DNA of 63,858 nt, filler included. It is 7 parts of 7 records of this genome, joined end to end, with 100 filler letters (N's around TTAATTAATTAA, not from the genome) between each part and the next. Parts side by side here need not be neighbours in the genome. Positions count along the whole stretch, not along the records: positions 1 to 7,087 come from SRR31147125_16652; positions 7,188 to 13,798 come from SRR31147125_16658; 5 more parts are not named here. One strand, given 5' to 3'. The notes under the pieces are model-generated. The model was not told the DNA's origin, did not search any database, and was given only the letters and a program-made list of their open reading frames with translations. Position 1 is the stretch's first letter, and every line of letters begins with the position of its first letter. Below, piece by piece: positions 1-11,136 of the stretch. The translations under genes and the position numbers were made by a program.

Positions 1-18
1 AAGAGTATATTATTATTG

Positions 19-45
19 TTAGCAGTCGTTAGCGAAGAGTGCTAA
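19..45 (+). promoter_or_regulatory. CIRCE element (HrcA operator) upstream of clpB
   Basis: TTAGCAGTC-N9-GAGTGCTAA, one mismatch from consensus TTAGCACTC-N9-GAGTGCTAA; lies upstream of a heat-shock chaperone gene. Confidence 0.88.
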
Positions 46-72
46 CAATAAGGTGTAAACATAAATAATAAA

Positions 73-142
73 AGTTCTCGCGAAAAATCAAAAGATACCT
101 CATACGCCCTATCGGGCATCTTCTCCCTAGCTTAGGAGAATG
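73..142 (+). repeat. REP-like intergenic palindromic element, copy 1
   Basis: AGTTCTCGCGAAAAATCAAAA..ATACCTCATACGCCCTATCGGGCATCTTCTCC..GGAGAA; a similar sequence recurs at 7009-7068. Confidence 0.55.
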
Positions 143-189
143 AAAATGCTTTTAAAAGCAGGTTGAGGTCTATATGGAGGTGTTCATAG

Positions 190-2760
190 ATGAATCAAGA
201 TAAATTCACACAAAAGAGTCTGGAAGGTATATCGGCTGCTCATGAGTTCGCTATAAGGTATAAACACCCTGTCATCAAAGAGGAGCATCTGTTACTTGCT
301 CTAATTAGTCAGATGGAGGGATTGATTCCTAAATTATTACAAAAAATGGGAGTTAATAGTTCTAATATGATAGGTGAGCTTGAAAACAAGCTTAACTCAA
401 TGGCTAAGGTAGAAGGACAGAATCCTAACTCTATTCGAATGGATGGAAAATTAAGTCAAATACTTGTAAATGCTGAAGATATAGCTGCAAAATATGAGGA
501 TATGTATGTAAGTGTAGAGCATCTGTTTATTGCACTTCTTAAGAACAAAAATGAATTTCTAAAAAAATATAACATAAATTTAAAGGAGTTTGAAAAAACT
601 CTAAAAGAAACGAGAGGTAATCAGAAGGTGAATACACCAAACCCTGAGCAAACATATGACGTACTAAATAAATATGGACGTGACCTATGTGAAGCTGTGA
701 AGGAGGGTAAAATCGACCCAATTATAGGTAGGGATTCTGAGATAAGACGTGCTATGCAGATACTATCTAGACGAACGAAAAACAACCCAATTCTAATAGG
801 TGATCCTGGTGTTGGTAAAACAGCAATAGTTGAGGGATTAGCAGGAAGAATAGTAAAAGGTGATGTACCAGACAACCTGAAAGATAAAACTATATTTTCA
901 CTAGATATGGGCTCTCTAATCGCAGGAGCGAAATATAGAGGAGAGTTTGAAGAGAGACTAAAAGCTGTGCTAAAAGAGTTAGAGGAAAGCCAAGGAAGAA
1001 TCATACTATTTATAGATGAGATACATACAATAGTTGGCGCAGGAAAAACTGACGGCGCAATGGATGCCGGGAATATCCTAAAGCCTATGTTAGCTAGAGG
1101 AGAGATTAAGGTTATAGGTGCCACTACCATTGATGAGTATAGAAAGTATATAGAAAAAGACGCGGCACTTGAGAGACGTTTTCAACCTGTCATGGTTAAT
1201 GAACCAAGTGTGGAGGATGGTATCTCAATCCTTAGGGGACTAAAAGAGAGATATGAAGTATATCACGGTATAAGGATATCTGATAGTGCTATAGTTTCAG
1301 CTTGTGTACTAAGTGACAGATATATCAGTGATAGAAAGTTACCAGATAAGGCGATAGACCTAATAGATGAAGCTGCGGCAAAGATGAAAACAGAGATGAA
1401 CTCTATGCCGGAAGAGTTAGACGAGCTAACTAGACGTGCGATGCAACTTGAGATTGAGAAGGAAGCACTTAAGAGAGAGAAAGATAAAGCTTCAAAAGAG
1501 AGACTAAATAACTTGAAAAAAGAGCTGGCCGAAATTAATGAAAGAAAAAATGTCCTAAAAGCTCAGTGGGATTTGGAAAAAGAGGAGATTGGAAATATTC
1601 AGACTATCAAAGAGGAGATAGAGAAAGTTAATTTAGAGATTGATAAGGCTGAAAGAGAGTATAACCTCAATAAATTGGCTGAACTAAAATATGGTAAACT
1701 TCATGATTTAGAGGAGAAGCTAAAACTTGAAGAGGAAAAATTAGAGAAACAGGAGAACAATAACAAAATGCTGAAACAGGAGCTTACTCCTGAAGAGATA
1801 GCTGACGTAGTAGCAAGTTGGACTGGAATACCTGTATCAAAACTAATGGAGGGTGAAAAGGAGAAAATCCTTCAACTAGAAAATCACATTAAAGAGAGGG
1901 TAATCGGACAGGACAAAGCTGTAAAAATAATAGCTGATACTATTATGAGAGCAAGAGCTGGTCTAAAAGACCCGAAAAAACCTATTGGTTCTTTCATATT
2001 CCTAGGTTCAACAGGTGTAGGTAAAACGTACCTTGCCAAAACTCTAGCATATAACTTATTTGATGACGAAGAAAACATAACTCGTATTGATATGAGTGAG
2101 TATATGGACAAATTTTCTACAACTAAGCTTATTGGAGCTCCTCCTGGTTATGTTGGCTACGAAGAGGGTGGACAGTTAACTGAAGCTGTGAGAAGAAAAC
2201 CATACAGTGTGCTTCTATTTGATGAGATAGAGAAGGCACATCCAGATGTGTTTAACGTGCTTCTACAAATATTAGACGATGGACGTTTAACTGATGGAAA
2301 GGGTAAAGTGGTTGATTTCAAAAACACTATTATTATCATGACATCAAATGTAGGAAGTCGATTTATACTTGATGACCCTATGGTGGGAGCCGCTACAGAA
2401 AAGATTGTATTGGAAGAGTTAAAATCAATGTTTAAACCAGAATTTCTTAATAGAGTAGATGAAACTGTAATATTTAGGGCACTGGATAAAGATAGTGTAC
2501 TTAACATAGTGAGATTGATATTAGATGATATCAACTCTAGAATAGCAGATAAATATCTAAAAGTAGAGTTTAGCGAAGAGGCTATTAAATTTATCGCTGA
2601 TAGCGCATACGATCCTCACTACGGTGCTAGACCACTTAAGAGATACTTACAGCAAGAGGTTGAGACAAGCCTAGCCAAGATGATACTAGCTGGTGAACTT
2701 AACGAAGGGGATATTATAAAAGTTAGTGTTCAAAATGAAAAATTAATATATACGAAATAA
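190..2760 (+). CDS. clpB: ATP-dependent chaperone ClpB
   Basis: 856 aa; two AAA+ modules ([16 protein letters not shown]); coiled-coil middle domain; [33 protein letters not shown]. Confidence 0.97.
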   Translation: MNQDKFTQKSLEGISAAHEFAIRYKHPVIKEEHLLLALISQMEGLIPKLLQKMGVNSSNMIGELENKLNSMAKVEGQNPNSIRMDGKLSQILVNAEDIAAKYEDMYVSVEHLFIALLKNKNEFLKKYNINLKEFEKTLKETRGNQKVNTPNPEQTYDVLNKYGRDLCEAVKEGKIDPIIGRDSEIRRAMQILSRRTKNNPILIGDPGVGKTAIVEGLAGRIVKGDVPDNLKDKTIFSLDMGSLIAGAKYRGEFEERLKAVLKELEESQGRIILFIDEIHTIVGAGKTDGAMDAGNILKPMLARGEIKVIGATTIDEYRKYIEKDAALERRFQPVMVNEPSVEDGISILRGLKERYEVYHGIRISDSAIVSACVLSDRYISDRKLPDKAIDLIDEAAAKMKTEMNSMPEELDELTRRAMQLEIEKEALKREKDKASKERLNNLKKELAEINERKNVLKAQWDLEKEEIGNIQTIKEEIEKVNLEIDKAEREYNLNKLAELKYGKLHDLEEKLKLEEEKLEKQENNNKMLKQELTPEEIADVVASWTGIPVSKLMEGEKEKILQLENHIKERVIGQDKAVKIIADTIMRARAGLKDPKKPIGSFIFLGSTGVGKTYLAKTLAYNLFDDEENITRIDMSEYMDKFSTTKLIGAPPGYVGYEEGGQLTEAVRRKPYSVLLFDEIEKAHPDVFNVLLQILDDGRLTDGKGKVVDFKNTIIIMTSNVGSRFILDDPMVGAATEKIVLEELKSMFKPEFLNRVDETVIFRALDKDSVLNIVRLILDDINSRIADKYLKVEFSEEAIKFIADSAYDPHYGARPLKRYLQQEVETSLAKMILAGELNEGDIIKVSVQNEKLIYTK

Positions 2761-2764
2761 CCTT

Positions 2765-2805
2765 ATATAAAACCTCTCAGAATTTTTGAGAGGTTTTATA
2801 TTTTG
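2765..2805 (+). terminator. Rho-independent terminator after clpB
   Basis: 15-bp stem ATATAAAACCTCTCA / TGAGAGGTTTTATAT followed by T-rich tract. Confidence 0.85.
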
Positions 2806-2998
2806 GTTTTATTTTTAAATGAAAATCACTAATTTTGATATTTTTATCTATATTATAATCTTTACAAATCAAAATCAAGTGAAATACCACTCTTTATAGT
2901 TGCATATAATTTTAAATGAAAAATATAATGTTGATATTTAAGTTTACTAATTGTACAATTGTTTTGCAGAAGAATTAATTTTAAAAGGAGTGGTACTA

Positions 2999-4644
2999 AT
3001 GAAAGTTGAAAAATCTTTAATACTAGCACTAACAATATTTACTTTAAGTGCTTGTAGTAGCAATATGAAAAAAGAAGGGGCAGTTACAAAACAGATTGAT
3101 AAAAACAATTACACTAAGACAGAAGAGTTTTTGGAGAATTCCAAAGAATCAGAGCCTGAGTTAATTGCATTTTTACGTGAAATGCCTAAAGGTGGAGATC
3201 TACATAATCATGTTTCTGGAGCATACTATACAAATGACATGATAAACTATGTAAAGGAGAATAACCTGTACTATAATGTCGAATCTAAAATATTTGTTCA
3301 AGAGCCAATAGATGGCAATTATGAAAATTTATTATCTTATGATGAGTTTATGAAAGCAAAATTATATGAAGTACTTAATCTATATAGCATGAGAGGAGTT
3401 AGAAACGGAAATCTAAATGGGCACGATCATTTCTTTGATACATTTGGATATATGTGGAGTGCTCAGCCATCAAGTGACGAAATGGTTAACAACATAGCAA
3501 TTAGAAACGCATATGAAAACATGAACTACCTAGAGTTAATGGTTCAATCAATACCAAATAAAATAAATACCAGATATACGAATTCCATGCCAGTAATAAA
3601 TAATATACTTGGTAGTGGTGAATTAAATGAGAAAAATATGGAGAAAGCCTATAGATATCTAGTAAGTTTAAATGAACAATCAGATTCAGGGTTTGTAACA
3701 CAGGAGCTGGATACTAGAGAGAAATTATGGCAAAACAGCTTAAAAGAAAGAGGAGAAAACGGAAAGCTAACTATTAATTATATTCAGCAACTTAAAAGAA
3801 TTGCTGAACCAAATGCATTTTTCGTAGATGCATACTCCTCTATATACGCCTCTACTCTAGATAACAGAATCGTTGCAGTAAATATGGTACAACCTGAGGA
3901 TCATCCTTTATCAAGAAGTTCTTTTCCTGAAGAGATGAAGATTCTTAATTTCCTAAAAAGGAAATTTGAAAAAAAGGCGAAGAGATAAATTTCACTCTAC
4001 ATGCCGGGGAGCTAGTATTAAATGATTCACCTGTAGAATCAATGCAAAACAGGATAAGCAACACGCTATACTTAACAACAAACAAAGAAGATTATGACTA
4101 TGATAAAAGTAATCTAACTGCCTATGATAAACCTCTGACTAAAAGAATCGGTCATGGAATATCTATTGCTTGGGAAGAGGATTTTTACGACATCATTGAT
4201 ATGATGAGAAGAGAAAAAATTGCTATTGAAATTTGTTTAACTAGTAATGAAGGTATCCTTGGTGTGGCTTATGACGAACACCCATTTATCCTGTATAAAA
4301 AATATGGTGTCCCAATGGTTATTTCCACTGATGATGAGGGAGTAAGTAGAAGTAATATTACAAATGAATACCTAAAAGCTGTAACAAGATATAATTTAAA
4401 CTATTCTGATTTAAAAAACTTAGTTAGAAATACTATCGAATACTCATTCCTTGAAGGGGATAGCCTATATATCAATGGAAATTATAATAAAGTAATTGAT
4501 GAGTTTAACAAAACTAAAACTCTGGAAGAATGGAAAGATATCTACACTAATAATCCTCTTTTAGATAAAAATGAAAAGATGAAAAAAGAAGTTCAACTTG
4601 AAATAGAGTTCTTAGAGTTTGAAAAAGAGATTGCTAATATTTAA
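2999..4644 (+). CDS. Adenosine deaminase-family lipoprotein (split by an indel at the A7 run near 3969-3975)
   Basis: Lipobox LSAC; MPKGGDLHNH; HAGE in the second frame just after the A run; RIGHG; ISTDDEG; SD AAGGAG before ATG 2999. Confidence 0.85.
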
Positions 4645-4651
4645 TATTGCC

Positions 4652-4691
4652 AAAACCTGAGGCTAGTTAAAAAACTTGCCTCAGGTTTTTT
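4652..4691. terminator. Bidirectional terminator between convergent genes
   Basis: AAAACCTGAGGC ... GCCTCAGGTTTTT inverted repeat with A and T tracts on either side. Confidence 0.8.
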
Positions 4692-4696
4692 AGTTT

Positions 4697-5902
4697 CTAT
4701 CTAGCTTTTTTCTTAGTAAATTTAAAGTAGAGCTTAATCATCCAAACCATAGGTCTTAGCATGATTCCCTCCATATCTTTTTTTACTTTCGCCAATTCTT
4801 CAGGGATAGCTATATATTGAGGGCATTTTTTTACACATACACCGCAGTTTACACACTGTGATGCAAGCGACGTTTCTGTTGTAATTCCACCATTCATAAA
4901 TGCATACATCCCTTTGGCTTTTTTATCGCCAAAAGTGTGATACGAGTTATACTGCTCAAAACAAAGTGGAATATTAACCCCTTTTGGACATGGCATACAG
5001 TACTGACACGCTGTACAGCCTACTCTCATTACCCTTCTAAAGGTTTCGGCAGCTTCATCTACAATGGATAGCTCCTTCTCAGTCATAAAGTTTGGAAGTG
5101 ACTCAGATGCTATTCTCAGATTCTCCTTAACATGCTCCTCCAGGCTCATACCAGAAAGAACTACTGCAACCTCTGGGTGATTCCATATCCAGCTAAGTGA
5201 CCAATCAACAGCTGTTCTCTTCACATCAGCTTTATCCCAAATAGCTTGTACCTCTTTTGGAGGAGTTTTAGCTAAATTCCCACCCCTTAGAGGTTCCATA
5301 ATCACTACAGCTATATCCTTTGATGCGGCGTATTTAAGTCCAGCTGTTCCTGCTTGGTTATTTGTATCCAGATAGTTATATTGTATCTGGCAAAATGTCC
5401 AGTCGTAATCATCTACTATTTTATTAAACTCACCTGAGACTCCGTGGAAAGAGAAACCAGCGTTTTTGATTTTCCCACTTGCTAACGCTTCATCAAGGAA
5501 GGCAATAACACCTTTATCTTTACATTTCTCCCAACTAGCACCATTTACAGCATGAATCAGATAATAATCTATATAGTCGGTTTGAAGTTTTCGCAATTGT
5601 TCATCAAGAATGGCAAACATTTCAGCTTTGTTACTCACTGCCCAATGAGGCAACTTTGTAGCTATTTTTACTTTCTCACGATATCCATCTTTTGACAGAG
5701 CCTTTCCCAAAAAACTCTCACTCTGACCACCGTGGTATGGATAAGCAGTGTCTATATAATTTACTCCGTTGTCTATTGCCCGATATAGGTGTTTTGATGC
5801 TTCCTCTTCGTTAATCTTACCATTTTTCGTTGGAAATCTCATTGCACCGTAACCTAAAACTGACAGTTTATCACCGTTTTTCTTAATCTCTCTATATTGC
5901 AC
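4697..5902 (-). CDS. Aldo/keto reductase with C-terminal 4Fe-4S domain
   Basis: LGYGAMRFP, NYIDTAYPY, IATKLP, MEPLRGG; CTACQYCMPCP and CVNCGVCVKKCP ferredoxin motifs. Confidence 0.92.
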   Translation of the reverse strand: MQYREIKKNGDKLSVLGYGAMRFPTKNGKINEEEASKHLYRAIDNGVNYIDTAYPYHGGQSESFLGKALSKDGYREKVKIATKLPHWAVSNKAEMFAILDEQLRKLQTDYIDYYLIHAVNGASWEKCKDKGVIAFLDEALASGKIKNAGFSFHGVSGEFNKIVDDYDWTFCQIQYNYLDTNNQAGTAGLKYAASKDIAVVIMEPLRGGNLAKTPPKEVQAIWDKADVKRTAVDWSLSWIWNHPEVAVVLSGMSLEEHVKENLRIASESLPNFMTEKELSIVDEAAETFRRVMRVGCTACQYCMPCPKGVNIPLCFEQYNSYHTFGDKKAKGMYAFMNGGITTETSLASQCVNCGVCVKKCPQYIAIPEELAKVKKDMEGIMLRPMVWMIKLYFKFTKKKAR

Positions 5903-5923
5903 AGTTATCTCACCTTTTTCCCT

Positions 5924-6886
5924 TTAATCCATATCAATAATAACGTTTCCTACCTTTTGCCCTGTCATGACATAATCATATGCTTCAGCTATCTGCTCTA
6001 GTGGATAAACCCTATCAATAACAGGTCTATAATGCCCCTCTTCAATTAACTTAGATGCAAACTTCAAACTCTCCATAGGTTTGGTTGGGAAAGGGAATTT
6101 TACTTTCTTTGCACCAACAATATTCGTTGATATTGCTAAAAATATGTTCTCACCCTTTGGTCCCAATTCAGATGATATATAAGCACCACCTGGTAGCAGG
6201 ATCTCTTTACAATTTACAAATCTATTTTTCCCCACAGCGTCAAATACAAAATTAAATTTCTCATCAACTTTTGTAAAATCCTCTTTTTCATAATCAATTA
6301 CTTTATCTGCTCCAAGTGACTTAACTAAGTCCGCATGCTCAGCTCGACACGTTGCAGTTATTTCCAAACCATAATATTTGCACAGCTGAATCGCCGCTGA
6401 ACCAATAGAACCAGTTCCACCATTTATCATTACTTTTTGCCCTGCTTCCAGCTTCACTTTATTGATAAAATTATGCGCGTAATGAAACCCCTCTGCACAA
6501 GCAACAGCTTTTTTCAGTGGAATGTTATACGGAAGTTTAACCATTGGTCTTGACTTGGATAACACAGTGTATTCACCTTGTGATTCTACTCCGCTATCAT
6601 CAAATATGAAAATTCTATCACCAACAACATACTCATCTACATTTTTCCCCACAGCTTCAACTGTTCCAGCTAAATCTGTTCCTAGAGTCTGTTTTTTAGG
6701 TTTTGATAAACCTGTAAAGAACTTCATTATAAATGGTTTTCCAGTTAACATTGCACAATCACTTCTATTAACCGTTGTGGATGCTATCTTAATCAATACT
6801 TCATTTGATTTTGGTACTGGTTTCTCTACCTCTTTTATACTCAAAACTTCTGATGAACCATAATTCTCATAATATGATATTCTCAC
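5924..6886 (-). CDS. NAD(P)-dependent medium-chain alcohol dehydrogenase/quinone reductase family
   Basis: LGTDLAGTVEAVG; INGGTGSIG Rossmann motif; VIDRVYPL; GTG start at 6886 after SD AAGGAG. Confidence 0.88.
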   Translation of the reverse strand: MRISYYENYGSSEVLSIKEVEKPVPKSNEVLIKIASTTVNRSDCAMLTGKPFIMKFFTGLSKPKKQTLGTDLAGTVEAVGKNVDEYVVGDRIFIFDDSGVESQGEYTVLSKSRPMVKLPYNIPLKKAVACAEGFHYAHNFINKVKLEAGQKVMINGGTGSIGSAAIQLCKYYGLEITATCRAEHADLVKSLGADKVIDYEKEDFTKVDEKFNFVFDAVGKNRFVNCKEILLPGGAYISSELGPKGENIFLAISTNIVGAKKVKFPFPTKPMESLKFASKLIEEGHYRPVIDRVYPLEQIAEAYDYVMTGQKVGNVIIDMD

Positions 6887-7008
6887 AGGAATCAACTCCT
6901 TATTCATTAACAACACTCTTGAATTTAATATTTAATTATAACACAATATTTTTCGGCTATGCCACATATTATGCTATAATTTAATCAATACGATTAAGGC
7001 ATCCAGAG

Positions 7009-7068
7009 AGTTCTCTCGAAAAGTCAAAATCATAATATACCTCAGCCGCCCTATTGGGCTCCTTTTCA
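7009..7068 (+). repeat. REP-like element, degenerate copy 2
   Basis: AGTTCTCTCGAAAAGTCAAAA...ATACCTCAGCCGCCCTATTGGGC aligns by eye with 73-120. Confidence 0.5.
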
Positions 7069-7087
7069 CTTGTTGGTATTTCAAAAA

Positions 7088-7187
7088 NNNNNNNNNNNNN
7101 NNNNNNNNNNNNNNNNNNNNNNNNNNNNNNNTTAATTAATTAANNNNNNNNNNNNNNNNNNNNNNNNNNNNNNNNNNNNNNNNNNNN
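7088..7187. other. Artificial contig spacer
   Basis: N44-TTAATTAATTAA-N44, a six-frame stop linker. Confidence 0.98.
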
Positions 7188-7488
7188 TTGAGCGACTTCA
7201 GGAATTCCCCATCCGAAACCTGAGATCGGCTTTTTTCAAAGAGCAATGCTCATCTATCGCTATTGCTCTGGCAAGTACAAGCATTGTTTTCCTGTTTTGC
7301 GCACGAAAACAAAAGCCCGTATCTGTTGACTGACCATAACCGTTGCGTTCTCGGTGCCGCCGCAAATGGTATTTTTTCTGGTTCATCGAACGTACCTTTA
7401 TTATTTAATTTGGGAACTTAACGCAACCCCATAATTATATGGCATCGGTCAAGAGGCAAAACCGTAACGCATCCGGATTAGTTCACAA

Positions 7489-8654
7489 TTAGCAATCTGG
7501 ATTATTTATCCGACTGGGCCAGGCATGCCCGGGCGTCATTGGCGCTGACGACGATTTACCGGTTAGGCTCTTGTAAAGTGAATCCATTTGATCGCTAATC
7601 TTGTCCCAGGAATAATTTTCCCAAACGTACTTTCGAGCACGACGTTTCATCACTTCCGTTTTTTCCGGGTGATCAATCAGATCGATCAGCAATTGCCTCA
7701 GGTCCAAGGGATTCCTGTTTTCGAACGTGTAGCCATATGATTTGATCGCCTCCAGATTTTCCGGGATATCACTGGCCACACAGCAGTTACCGTAGCTCAT
7801 TGCCTCGAGTAGGGCGATGGGCAACCCTTCGAGGGTGGATGGCAGGCAGAACAGGTAGGCATTACTGAACAGTTCCTCCAAGTTCGGCCCCGAAACAAAA
7901 CCAGGAAAGAGAATCCGGCTGTCGCCAGCTGCCATTTTCAACCTGGCCTTGTACCCTTCCGAATGGGCTGCATCGCCGGCCACGACCATTTTCATGTTTG
8001 TGTCAATGGAACGAAATGCCTCAATTAAAAAATGAGCCCCCTTCTCTTCCACCAATCTTGCGGCAAACAAAATGTAGCCGTTCGGTCTCAGCCCCTGCTC
8101 CAGAATCCATCCGGGCGCCCTACGCGTAACCCAATTCACACCGGTGGGAATGTAGACAATTGGCTTCTTGAATTTAGTCTCATAGTATGTTTTTTGAACC
8201 AATGAAACAGCCGTGGTTGCGTGGGGGAAATAAACCGCGTCAAGTCGGCGAGTTTAAAGAACAGCCGCCCTAAGGGTCCCCACTTGTCGCGCTTCCACTC
8301 CAGCCCATGGGTCTGGACAACCGTTGGAATACCCATCAGCCGGGTAAACACGGCAAACAAAGACGGCCCTACGGCGTGAATATGGACCACATCGAAGCGC
8401 TGCTTGTCTTTCCGGACATCCAGCACGGCGTGCAGGCAAATAGACAGCTTGTGCAATGTCTTGGTGTTTGCGGAAGGCACTGTTTTGATTTGCATGCCTT
8501 TGTAGACACAGTCCTTGGTACCGTAATCACGGCTGGTATAAACCACCACTTCGTGCCCGCGGTCAGCCATGCGCGAACCGATCTCTTCGGTAAGCTTTTC
8601 AATACCACCACCGATGGGCATCCCTTTTATGGCTATATATGCAATTCGGGCCAT
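7489..8654 (-). CDS. Glycosyltransferase family 4 (split by an indel near 8200)
   Basis: N-terminal half has GGIEK, HIHAVGP, VQTHGLEWKRDKW; C-terminal half has ARLVEEKG, EGLPIALLEAMSYG. Confidence 0.88.
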
Positions 8655-8655
8655 A

Positions 8656-9888
8656 TCAGTTACCACCGTCTATCGCTTTTTGGTAGATGGCCATCAATTT
8701 TTGGTAGTGCCGTTCGGGATTATATACGGTTTCAATTTTTTTGCGCGCCGCGCGCCCCATCTCGAGAATTGTATCATTTTTCATATCCAACATAGATTCC
8801 ATTCTGGCGTGCAATGCATCAACGGTGCCATGTTCGAACAAGAACCCATCTGTACCATCATCTATCATTTCGGGTATGCCGCCGATTCGAGCACCAATCA
8901 CAGGTTTTCCGTAAGCCATCGCCTCCAAAACAGATAAAGGTGCATTTTCATACCATTCGGAAGGAACCACGACAGCTAATGCCTTTCGGGTAATATCGGA
9001 TAGCGCAGGGCCGGAGAGATAACCGGAAAATGATATACGCCTGTCTACCGCTGCAATTTTTCGTAGTTCGCCCTCCAACGGGCCTTCACCGGCGATTTTT
9101 AGTCGAACATGATCGGAATTGAGACGCGAAAAAGCTTTGATTAGGGTCGATATACCTTTTTCGTTGGAGAGCCTTCCAAGGTAAAGAAAGTACCTGCCAG
9201 GCGTAAAATCAGGGCTGAAATCGTCAATCGAAATAAAATTCGGTATGTATTCAATACGCTCGGCAGGCCAACCAAATTCAACCATTTTTAATTTCAAGAA
9301 AAGGCTTGGCGAAATGAAATATGTGACATTTTTTTCATATTTTTTGAGTAAAAAGTTAAAATAGGTTTCAAGGGCATAGAGCGTCGAAGCAATGAAGCTA
9401 TTCTTGTGGCAACGATTAAACATCGCATTATAGTAGGAGTGTTTATGGCAGTCCTCGCAAATCCTGCCATGATGCATCATTTTGTAGTTGGGACATATGA
9501 TTTTGTAATCGTGCAGGGTCATTACGACGGGGATACCGTATTCCCGAAGCCCATCGAGTACGGAAGTTGTCAACCGACCGTATATATTATGGGCATGCGC
9601 AACATCAATGTGATAGCTCTTCAACATATTTTTTAGGCAGTGTTTGGATTCAAACGAATAAAAAAGCCTTGTCAGTGTTTTAAGTCCTTGCCTATCAAAT
9701 GCAACCCTATCGGTTTGAATTTCCTGCGGGAAAAATCTGTCGAATTCGGTCGAAACGTTCTTTCGGTGCCTTCCAGAGAATGGAATGAATCGAATCCCCT
9801 TCCTATTTATTAGATCCCTTTCTGAAAAAAAGACGCTTTCCGCGCCGCCTCTAAGATAATAGAAATTATTGATGCCTAATATATTCAT
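8656..9888 (-). CDS. Glycosyltransferase family 4
   Basis: RGGAE, HAHNIY, TLHDY, GRLSNEKG, PSEWYENAPLSVLEAMAYG. Confidence 0.93.
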   Translation of the reverse strand: MNILGINNFYYLRGGAESVFFSERDLINRKGIRFIPFSGRHRKNVSTEFDRFFPQEIQTDRVAFDRQGLKTLTRLFYSFESKHCLKNMLKSYHIDVAHAHNIYGRLTTSVLDGLREYGIPVVMTLHDYKIICPNYKMMHHGRICEDCHKHSYYNAMFNRCHKNSFIASTLYALETYFNFLLKKYEKNVTYFISPSLFLKLKMVEFGWPAERIEYIPNFISIDDFSPDFTPGRYFLYLGRLSNEKGISTLIKAFSRLNSDHVRLKIAGEGPLEGELRKIAAVDRRISFSGYLSGPALSDITRKALAVVVPSEWYENAPLSVLEAMAYGKPVIGARIGGIPEMIDDGTDGFLFEHGTVDALHARMESMLDMKNDTILEMGRAARKKIETVYNPERHYQKLMAIYQKAIDGGN

Positions 9889-9969
9889 TTATCCACAATC
9901 TCTTTTTAACTTTTACCTCGTTTTTTCAATACACATAGGAGGTTACAAGTTTGCGTCAATAATATATTT

Positions 9970-11048
9970 TCAAATACTTCCATATTTTTTAAGCGCTAAC
10001 TTCATATCTAAAAAATTGATGCACAGCTTGTCAAGAATTGACTCAATAACTTCTTCCGAAATATTTCCCTCTTCTTCCAAACGCGATAAAGCATCGCCAC
10101 GACTAAGCTGCCCATCTCTTACCAAAAAACTTAGTCCCTCGTCTTTGTCATTATAACCAAGTAACTTTTTGTATAAGAACAATTTCAAAAGAGCAATCTC
10201 ACAATCCCCTCTCCAAGTAGACTTTGCCCCAGGGGTAATTTTCCAGCATAGTCCATTTTTTATAGTATCGACTATCTCATCCTCTTTCCATCTTATGTAA
10301 TTGAAAAATGGCAATATTTCGGTAATACCATCGCTATTTTTATTTCCTTTATAAAAAACACAGTAAAATTCTTTAAATTGTGTAAGCATGCAATCAGCAT
10401 TCATAATCCACGATGGATTCATCAAAATCTCATTCAAATAACCTAAGACAAACAATCCTGTATTTAGCTTAGTGGATGGCCTTATTGACATAATATTTCT
10501 TTTGAAGCTATTTGAATCAAGACGATTATTCCCTGAAATATACACTGGTATTTTATTTATTTTTACAAAATCAGGGATCATGGTTTTCATCCCTAATCGA
10601 CATCCGGTGCATAAAAGTCCAACCATCGATGCAGAAGGCCTCCGTATAAAAGACTTTAAATGATGGTTGACACATTTTTCAAGATAGTTGTTTTTTTTAA
10701 TAACTAATTTAACGCTTAACGCGGAAACCATTTTCTTTATATTTTCTTTTGTTTGCTCAGGAACGAACCCATTGTCAACGAATAATGCAAGCACTCTTAG
10801 CTTCAAGATTCGAACCAAATAATATAATAGGAAACTGCTATCCCGCCCTCCACTTAGGGCAAGTACACAGTCATAATTCGGGTTATTGTATTTTGTTTTA
10901 TTATTAATAGTTAAAATTTTTTTCTTAGAGACCTTTTACCCAAGTAATTTCCAATTGTGGTGGCGTTACAATAATTGCATATTCCTTTTTCGTCGAATTT
11001 TATTCCGGGGTAGTTATTTGGCAAGATACATTTCGTGCATCGCATCAT
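9970..11048 (-). CDS. N-acetyl sugar amidotransferase / PP-loop protein (WbpG-like), indel near 10915
   Basis: Hand translation from ATG 11048 gives MMRCTKCILP...GICNYC; after an A-run indel it continues YDCVLALSGGRDSS (PP-loop) into the 282-aa ORF. Confidence 0.8.
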
Positions 11049-11136
11049 TTGGCTTCTCCTTTTTAATTATTTTATAAAAACATATTTAAGCAAATTAAAA
11101 AAAATATATCCATATAACGCAATTTGAAATATAAAA

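Noticed and set aside
621-2534. Long antisense ORFs within clpB (similar ones in PhzF, M23 and the sensor gene)
   Set aside because: Shadow ORFs of well-supported genes, with no SD or motifs
3960-3990. Programmed frameshifting or phase variation at A runs (also in mcrB, DUF6034, GH127)
   Set aside because: Indels occur in unrelated genes on every contig, so sequencing error is the simpler explanation
7132-7143. TTAATTAATTAA palindrome recurring six times
   Set aside because: Always centred in N runs; it is an artificial six-frame stop linker
7198-7386. 62-aa ORF at the contig edge
   Set aside because: No recognisable motif or SD; cannot be supported
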